Source of the DNA: an uncultured Verrucomicrobiae bacterium
Lineage (GTDB): Bacteria > Verrucomicrobiota > Verrucomicrobiia > Chthoniobacterales > JAFAMB01
Direction of reading: 5' to 3'
Assembly: GCA_963837955.1 (NCBI GenBank)
Contig: CAWIPH010000002.1
Coordinates: 4,320,001 to 4,384,000, forward strand
DNA: 64,000 nucleotides
A program made the translations under genes and the position numbers. Under the pieces are notes generated by a model, which did no database searches, had not been told where the DNA came from, and worked only from the letters and a program-made list of their open reading frames with translations. The number at the start of each line of letters is the position of its first letter. Within the stretch, counting starts at the first letter, position 1. This document shows, in pieces, positions 58,361 to 64,000 of the stretch.

Positions 58361-59230
58361 AAGAGATTTTCTAAACAGAAGGAAGCAAAGACTGAAGTTT
58401 TTCTTTCTGGGGAACGCGAGGTCTGTCCACCAAGGTTGTGATGTATTCGTGCGCTTGCCAAAAGCATCTCTACAAAGCGAGACCGCCAAGAGTTTGCCTG
58501 TATCTTTGCTTCCTTTGCTACCTTCTGTTCAAACAATCTCTTCGTGGCGATCTTCGACCGAAGACCAGCGGGAGAAACAACTCGATGGGCGCAGAAAACA
58601 GGAGCCTCAGTCTTTGCTTCCTTTGCTACCTTCTGTTCGAAAATCTCTTTGTGGCGATCACCGATCGTTAAAAAAAAGCTCGACTAAAACATAGATAGAA
58701 CGTTAATATATCGTGTATTGTATTTTGAAAATACCAACCGAGTGAGTAGAGAGAAACGGGCATGGATCCAAAATTTCAAATAGCAAATGCATGGTCCAAG
58801 GTGGTGATTGGTGCGGCGATTGAGGTCCATAGGCTCAAGGGCGCAGGTCTGATTGAGAGTATTTATGAGCGATGCATGCTCCGAGAGTTCGAATTACGGG
58901 AAGTGCCCGTGATCAGCCAGCTCGATGTCGAAATCGAATACAAAGGCCTGATCTTTTCTGAACCCCTAACGCTTGACCTCTATGTTGACGATTGTCTTCT
59001 ACTAGAATTGAAGGCGGTACAAACCGTGCTCCCAATTCATAAAGCACAACTCCTCAGTTACATGAAACTGCTTAATGCACCTCTTGGCCTTCTGATCAAC
59101 TTTCACGAGCCAAGTTTAAGAGATGGAATCTATCGGATGATGCTCCCGGGAAGTAGCGGTGAAGACATTTTACCGAAGGGTTGAAGAGATTTTTAAACAG
59201 AAGGTAGCAAAGGAAGCAAAGACTGAGGTT
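58361..59230. repeat. Four copies of a ~45-bp repeat bracketing the GxxExxY gene
   Basis: Consensus AAGAGATTTT..AACAGAAGGTAGCAAAGGAAGCAAAGACTGAGG. Plus-strand copies at 58361-58398 (one 9-bp unit shorter) and 59184-59230; minus-strand copies at 58503-58542 and 58605-58649. Confidence 0.92.
58762..59184 (+). CDS. GxxExxY protein (PD-(D/E)XK nuclease-like)
   Basis: VIGAAIEVH...GAGLIESIYE (GxxExxY), D..V....LLELKAV, H.AQLLSY.KL and GLLINF. Confidence 0.93.
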   Translation: MDPKFQIANAWSKVVIGAAIEVHRLKGAGLIESIYERCMLREFELREVPVISQLDVEIEYKGLIFSEPLTLDLYVDDCLLLELKAVQTVLPIHKAQLLSYMKLLNAPLGLLINFHEPSLRDGIYRMMLPGSSGEDILPKG

Positions 59231-59251
59231 CTTCTTTCCAGAGAGCGGTTG

Positions 59252-59635
59252 TCACGACTGGCGGGTATTGTCGGGGGTTCCAGGTTGCGGATCAATGGGC
59301 CTGATTTCGAGCAAATGGCCACAGTCCAAACACGGGTTGCCTTTGGCGATCTGTACGGCTTCGTCGAGACTCTGAGCGAGAATGAACCAGTAGCCGCCAA
59401 TCGCTTCTTTGGATTCACCGAAAGGGCCGTCTGTTACCACATTGGGCCGGCCGACCGTTTTACCTTCATACGTGAGCCGTTGCCCCGGTTTCATTTTTCC
59501 TTCGTTAATCAATCGATCATACCAGATGTAGAATTGGTCGATTGTGTTCTGGATTTCATCCCTCGAGAGGGTCTCGTCCCATTGTCCCCGGCAAATTACC
59601 AGGTATTCGGCTGTAGGAGACTGCTCGCTCATCAT
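59252..59635 (-). CDS. YciI/DGPF-domain protein
   Basis: Motifs VTDGPFGESKEAIGGYW.I.A.SLDEA..IA and EIRPI. Confidence 0.9.
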   Translation of the reverse strand: MMSEQSPTAEYLVICRGQWDETLSRDEIQNTIDQFYIWYDRLINEGKMKPGQRLTYEGKTVGRPNVVTDGPFGESKEAIGGYWFILAQSLDEAVQIAKGNPCLDCGHLLEIRPIDPQPGTPDNTRQS

Positions 59636-60006
59636 TGTCTACCTTCCATCTTAACCTAGCCAATAGCCGGGACTGCGTTCACGTCAATCCTTGACACGCT
59701 GGCTATTTTCCGGATCCCGAAACTAATTTTCGTTCGTTGCCGTTCGGTTCTCAAAAGAACACGAACGGGCTGGGCCGTCCCAGGACACGGGTGTTGTCGT
59801 TTTAATTAATTCGAGACCGGTAAGAGCACGGGTCACGCCCTGATATCGGCCGGCGTCAAGTGAGTTTAGCGTACCGTTCTAGTCACTCGTTGATCGTCCA
59901 CGTCTCGAACTTGTGCGATCGTGGAGAAGGCACATGCACTGGGTCAGTTATGCCAAATGGCGGACAAAATTGTCCGCTTAATCCAAAGTGGTAAGTTTTA
60001 GCGTCT

Positions 60007-62811
60007 ATGCCAATCCGCAAATCCGTCAGTGCCGCCAGCCAGCGTGTAGCACGACAATCCGCCTTAAAACTCTTTACCGATCGAAACCATGAGCGGGAGC
60101 TTCTGCGCCATTTCTTCGAACGATTGGCTAGGGTCCACTGGGTGCACGACGTACGGCCCCAAAAGCCAATCCTGAGTATTTGGGGAGTCGGTGGGATCGG
60201 CAAAACTAAACTGTTGGAGAAAGCCACAGAAGAACTTGGCCAGAGGCTTGCCGGGCTACGGTTGATTGCTCTCGATCTGGATCATGACCGTTGGACACCA
60301 TCTTCCTCTGTGGCCGAGTTCTTCTGGCATTTGCGTTCTAGGCTATGGGAGGCGAAGCCGCGCGGCGTAGGAGGCGGAGCCGGCATTGAAACACCGCTTT
60401 TCGATTATCTCTATTTCGTTCTCTGGCGAGCGCAGCATCCAGGTGAGAATTTTGCTTTGAGTGACAGCGTGTTAAAGGATCTCCTAAGCACTTCCACGCT
60501 AGGCACCACGATCCTCGCCGAAGCATCCGCGAGGCTTGCTGCGGGAGTTTACGATGTCGCTACTGCAGGTTCTGCCGTAGGTGGTCTGTTTCAGTTGCTC
60601 GGTAAAGCCCTGACTTACTTGCGCAACCGAGATCGCAAGGGCTTGTTGAATAAACGCGGACTAAACCCTGAGTCCATGACCGAAAAGGACATGGAGGCGG
60701 AATTGGCGCCCGTCTTAGCTGCGGATGTCGAGCAATGGCTGGAGGACCATCCCAATGACGCGCTCTGCGTCGCGATCGACGGTTTTGAACGCATTCAATC
60801 AACCACTCTAGCAGAGGACATCCAAAAATATTTGGCCGACTGGTGCGGGATACTGACGGATCCCGACGGGGCGTTCTCCGGACGCTTTGGCTGCGTGTTG
60901 CTCGGGCGAAATAAGAACCGTTGGGATGAGCTTTACGACACGGAATGGCAGACGCGAATCAGTGAACACTGCGTTGGCGGACTCGGAAAAGAAGACGCGC
61001 TGAGATTTCTAGAATCGGCAGCGACTTATCATAAAGAACGCGGAGATCTGACTACGGCCGACAATTTGCGAAAACATGCGGATGCGATCCTTGCGGTCAC
61101 TCGCGAGCAGCGTAGCCAAGACAAACAGTCGTCATTCCACCCTTATTACCTCGACCTCGCCTATGGCATTGTCTATGAGCAGGGAGTTCTCTTCCAACCC
61201 GCTGACTTAGGCCAAACGCCGGCCGAACTGCAAATCCGCTTTCTTCGCTATCTACAATCAGGGCAGCGAGGGGTGTTCGAAACCTTTCGTTGCCTGGCAC
61301 TAGCTGGCAGCTTCGATGAAGCGCTTTTCGATCATCTTGTTGAGATACGCTTGATTCCAGCCGGCTTCCATTTCGCGGCCCTCACCGGAGACGATTACTC
61401 TTACGTGGAGGAAATTCGCGATCTTCCCGGAACTTTCCGGTTCCATCGATTGATGGAACTCGCCCTCATTAAAAACCAGTCAGCCAAGGCAGAGGATCGG
61501 CCCGTGGCTCGCGAGCGTATTGGTGTGATCTTGGACTATTACAAAAAAAACGCCGGGTTTTCGAAACTCGCCGAGTGTTCTGCGCGGCATCTCAGTGCAT
61601 ACCAGAAAGGGATGACGATAGCGTTCGACAGGCATCATGACCGTTTATTAGACTTTCCGTCTTTGGATGCGTTCTTCCTCGTACTGGAAGAGCCATTTGA
61701 TTTCACGGCCTTCGTCAGTGCGCGAATCGATTGGTGGCGCAAGCTGGCTGATCTGTGGAAGCGCCATCAGCCAGAGGGTGAGCGGTCGCTAGACACCTTG
61801 TCTGGTCTTGTCGCAATGCTCCATGCCCAAGGCCGGTATGGAGAAGCGGAAGATGTGGAACGTCAGATCCTTCAAAGCTCTGAGCGCGTGCTTGGGTCCG
61901 ACCACCCGGACACTCTGTCGTCGATGAACAACCTAGCTCTGACGCTGTACGCGCAAGGGGATCTGGCCAGGGCATACGAACTCCAGGAGCAGGTGCTCGA
62001 GGCCATGGATCGGCTGCTGGGTAAGGAGCACCCGGACACACTGACGTCGATGAACAACCTGGCCCAGACGTTGAAAGCTCAAGGAGATCTGGCCAGGGCA
62101 CACGAGCTCGAGGAGCAGGTGCTCGAGGCCAGGGCTCGGCTGCAGGGTAAGGAGCACCCGGACACACTGATGTCGATGAACAACCTGGCTCAGACGCTGA
62201 AAGCTCAAGGAGATCTGGCTAGGGCACACGAGCTCCAGGAGCAGGTGCTCGAGGCCAGGGCTCGGCTGCTGGGTAAGGAGCACCCGGACACACTAACGTC
62301 GATGAACAACCTGGCCCAGACGCTGAAAGCTCAAGGAGATCTGGGCAGGGCACACGAGCTCCAGGAACAGGTGGTCGAGGCAATGGCTCGGCTACTGGGT
62401 AAGGAGCACCCGAACACACTGACGTCGATCAACAACCTGGCCCAGACGCTGTACGCACAAGGAGATCTGGCCGGGGCACGCAAGCTCCAGGAGCAGGTGC
62501 TCGAGGCCAGAGCTCGGCTGCTGGGTAAGGAGCACCCGAACACACTGACGTCGATCAACAACCTGGCCCAGACGTTGTACGCACAAGGAGATCTGGCCGG
62601 GGCACGCAAGCTCCAGGAGCAAGTGCTCGAAACCATGACTCGGCTGTTGGGTAAGGAGCACCCGAACACACTGACGTCGATGCTCAACCTGGCCCAGATG
62701 CTGCAAGCGGAAGGAGATTTGGCCGGGGCCGAGCGGCTCTACCGACTGGCGCTGGAAGGTCGCAAACGCGTGCTTGGGGCTGACCACCCGGACACACTCA
62801 CCGAGCCTTAA
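60007..62811 (+). CDS. P-loop NTPase (STAND/AAA_16-like) fused to 42-aa TPR repeats; C-terminus truncated by frameshift
   Basis: FTDRNHERELL, Walker A GVGGIGKT, Walker B-like VAIDGFE, and tandem LG.EHP.TL.S.NNLA repeats. Confidence 0.88.
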   Translation: MPIRKSVSAASQRVARQSALKLFTDRNHERELLRHFFERLARVHWVHDVRPQKPILSIWGVGGIGKTKLLEKATEELGQRLAGLRLIALDLDHDRWTPSSSVAEFFWHLRSRLWEAKPRGVGGGAGIETPLFDYLYFVLWRAQHPGENFALSDSVLKDLLSTSTLGTTILAEASARLAAGVYDVATAGSAVGGLFQLLGKALTYLRNRDRKGLLNKRGLNPESMTEKDMEAELAPVLAADVEQWLEDHPNDALCVAIDGFERIQSTTLAEDIQKYLADWCGILTDPDGAFSGRFGCVLLGRNKNRWDELYDTEWQTRISEHCVGGLGKEDALRFLESAATYHKERGDLTTADNLRKHADAILAVTREQRSQDKQSSFHPYYLDLAYGIVYEQGVLFQPADLGQTPAELQIRFLRYLQSGQRGVFETFRCLALAGSFDEALFDHLVEIRLIPAGFHFAALTGDDYSYVEEIRDLPGTFRFHRLMELALIKNQSAKAEDRPVARERIGVILDYYKKNAGFSKLAECSARHLSAYQKGMTIAFDRHHDRLLDFPSLDAFFLVLEEPFDFTAFVSARIDWWRKLADLWKRHQPEGERSLDTLSGLVAMLHAQGRYGEAEDVERQILQSSERVLGSDHPDTLSSMNNLALTLYAQGDLARAYELQEQVLEAMDRLLGKEHPDTLTSMNNLAQTLKAQGDLARAHELEEQVLEARARLQGKEHPDTLMSMNNLAQTLKAQGDLARAHELQEQVLEARARLLGKEHPDTLTSMNNLAQTLKAQGDLGRAHELQEQVVEAMARLLGKEHPNTLTSINNLAQTLYAQGDLAGARKLQEQVLEARARLLGKEHPNTLTSINNLAQTLYAQGDLAGARKLQEQVLETMTRLLGKEHPNTLTSMLNLAQMLQAEGDLAGAERLYRLALEGRKRVLGADHPDTLTEP

Positions 62812-62890
62812 CAACCTGGCGAAACTTTACCGTGCCAAAGGTTAATACGCGAACGCTGAGCCCTTTTACCAGCGGAAGCTGGCGATCCCC
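61900..62890 (+). repeat. 126-bp intragenic tandem repeat (about 8 TPR units, last one degenerate)
   Basis: GA(G/C)CACCCG(G/A)ACAC recurs at 61900, 62026, 62152, 62278, 62404, 62530, 62656 and 62782. Confidence 0.95.
62804..62890 (+). pseudogene. Out-of-frame decayed continuation of the TPR array
   Basis: After a +1 shift at ACCGAGCCTT the sequence reads SLNNLAKLYRAKG*YANAEPFYQRKLAI, a TPR unit containing an internal TAA. Confidence 0.8.
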
Positions 62891-62907
62891 ATCGACGTAT
62901 GAAGCCT

Positions 62908-63498
62908 TTAGCCGGTTTTTCCGAACCAACCCTTGGTTTGTGCTAACAAAAGAAGGATGATGGTTTTTGCATCTTGGATGCGTCCATCATCGATCCACCC
63001 AAGAGCTTCTTCCAGCCTAAGCTCAACCACCTCGATATCCTCACCTTCGTCTGGATTCCCGGCGATTTTGCTGGTTGGCAAATCGTAGTCGGCAACGAAG
63101 AAAAAGAGTTTTTCCGTAACCGACCCCGGGCTCATATAGGTCTCAATAACCTTATGCACTTCTCCCACCTTTACGCCGAGCTCCTCCTCCGCTTCACGGC
63201 GAATCGCCAATTCGGGCGACTCATTGTCCAGGAGTCCGGCACACGTTTCCACTAACATTCCATCCGGCAAACCGTTAGCGTAGGCGGGGAAACGAAATTG
63301 TCGAGTGAGCAGCACGGTCCCACGCTGCCGATTGATCAAAAGAATCGTTGCTCCATTCCCGCGATCGTACGTCTCTCGAGCTAAAGTCTTCCACGAGCCG
63401 TCCCTCATCTGATATTCGAACGTGGTCTTTTTGAGTACGTACCAATCGTCTGACAACGTTTTAACTTCGCGAATTTTGACCCGGTGATCGTCTCTCAT
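62908..63498 (-). CDS. nudK: NUDIX hydrolase, GDP-mannose pyrophosphatase NudK-like
   Basis: Motifs LSD.WY.L, RETYDRGNGA.ILL, LTRQFR.P, Nudix box AGLLD.E.PE.AIRREAEEE.G and MSPGSVTE. Confidence 0.8.
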   Translation of the reverse strand: MRDDHRVKIREVKTLSDDWYVLKKTTFEYQMRDGSWKTLARETYDRGNGATILLINRQRGTVLLTRQFRFPAYANGLPDGMLVETCAGLLDNESPELAIRREAEEELGVKVGEVHKVIETYMSPGSVTEKLFFFVADYDLPTSKIAGNPDEGEDIEVVELRLEEALGWIDDGRIQDAKTIILLLLAQTKGWFGKTG

Positions 63499-63500
63499 CG

Positions 63501-63884
63501 CTAGCTGGTCGCGGGGTTTACTTCGGAAACGGCGAGATAGACCGGCTTGCCAGCGGAACGCGCTAAGCTCACCATTTCATCAGCTCCCACGGACGGACCC
63601 CCAATCCTCAGCACTGCGTCGACGCAGGCCACCAGCCGACGGCCGACGGGATGAAAGATTTCGTTCCAGGTCGCATCACCCATAGTCTTAGAACCGGCGA
63701 TCTCGATCAGCGGGAGAGCGATCGCCTCTCCCGTAATTGGCAGATGCCCCATCCGGAATATTTCCAGAGCTGCTTCGTTCATGCGTCGATAGTTCGCATC
63801 AATGAGTAAGGGATCATCATTGGTGTTGGACCGATATGGTCCCGCGATCAGGATTGCCTGTGGTCGATTGGGTAAGTTGAGCAT
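63501..63884 (-). CDS. DUF4406-like / nucleoside deoxyribosyltransferase-fold small protein
   Basis: Motifs ILIAGPYRS, GHLP..GE..ALPL and DAVLRIGG.S.GAD.MV..A; only 2 bp upstream of the NUDIX gene. Confidence 0.7.
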   Translation of the reverse strand: MLNLPNRPQAILIAGPYRSNTNDDPLLIDANYRRMNEAALEIFRMGHLPITGEAIALPLIEIAGSKTMGDATWNEIFHPVGRRLVACVDAVLRIGGPSVGADEMVSLARSAGKPVYLAVSEVNPATS

Positions 63885-64000
63885 GTTTGTTGAGATGCAC
63901 TTTGCAACACCCAGGATACGAGTTCTTCCGGCGAAATCGGTAACGATTTATTGTCAGGGCTGCCATCATCCGCAATGATGGCAGGCGTGAATCCGAGAGT

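Noticed and set aside
58198..58694. Several ORFs over the repeat region upstream of GxxExxY, and 59159-59659 downstream
   Set aside because: They are translations of the repeats (EQKVAKEAK, LLPLLPSV, LCFLCYLLF) or antisense to yciI, with no family signal.
58361..59230. CRISPR array interpretation of the GxxExxY-flanking repeats
   Set aside because: The copies are in mixed orientation with irregular spacing, only two are in tandem, and there are no cas genes in the window.
59636..60006. Possible ncRNA or riboswitch in the yciI to NTPase-TPR gap (also considered 16090-16420 and 4500-4900)
   Set aside because: Only short palindromes are visible and no RNA family motif was recognisable by eye. 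A covariance-model search would be needed.
61715..62814. Repetitive minus-strand ORFs opposite the TPR array
   Set aside because: They are antisense shadows of the 126-bp coding repeat.

Overview
A ~55% GC bacterial chromosomal window with no rRNA, tRNA, CRISPR or phage genes that I can recognise. The gene style and dispersed repeat types suggest a soil Verrucomicrobiota-like organism, but this is inference only. Housekeeping genes are mnmE (partial), hisC, recQ and comM/yifB. Accessory modules include: a sigma54-controlled ADH / amidohydrolase / DUF59 operon resembling the accessory half of propane-monooxygenase clusters, but without the monooxygenase; MFS, MATE and a double-permease RND system; NfeD-SPFH; a GluR0-like K+ channel; a DisA_N/DAC-domain protein; a tetritol/polyol ABC and catabolic operon with a SorC-family regulator; a CopC/CopD operon preceded by a CxxC/PPP leader-like ORF; a GxxExxY protein; and a STAND-like NTPase-TPR gene with a decayed tail. 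The most unusual signals are non-coding. (1) Four copies of a ~45-bp repeat bracket the GxxExxY (PD-(D/E)XK-like) gene in both orientations. (2) A RAYT-like HUH transposase sits between GGGGTCAG-footed inverted hairpin ends, with a 41-bp copy of its own coding sequence just outside one end. (3) Two colinear relic fragments of comM flank the intact comM. (4) Several distinct families of REP/REPIN-like or short-period inverted repeats occupy intergenic gaps. All calls come from reading the sequence; no searches were run.
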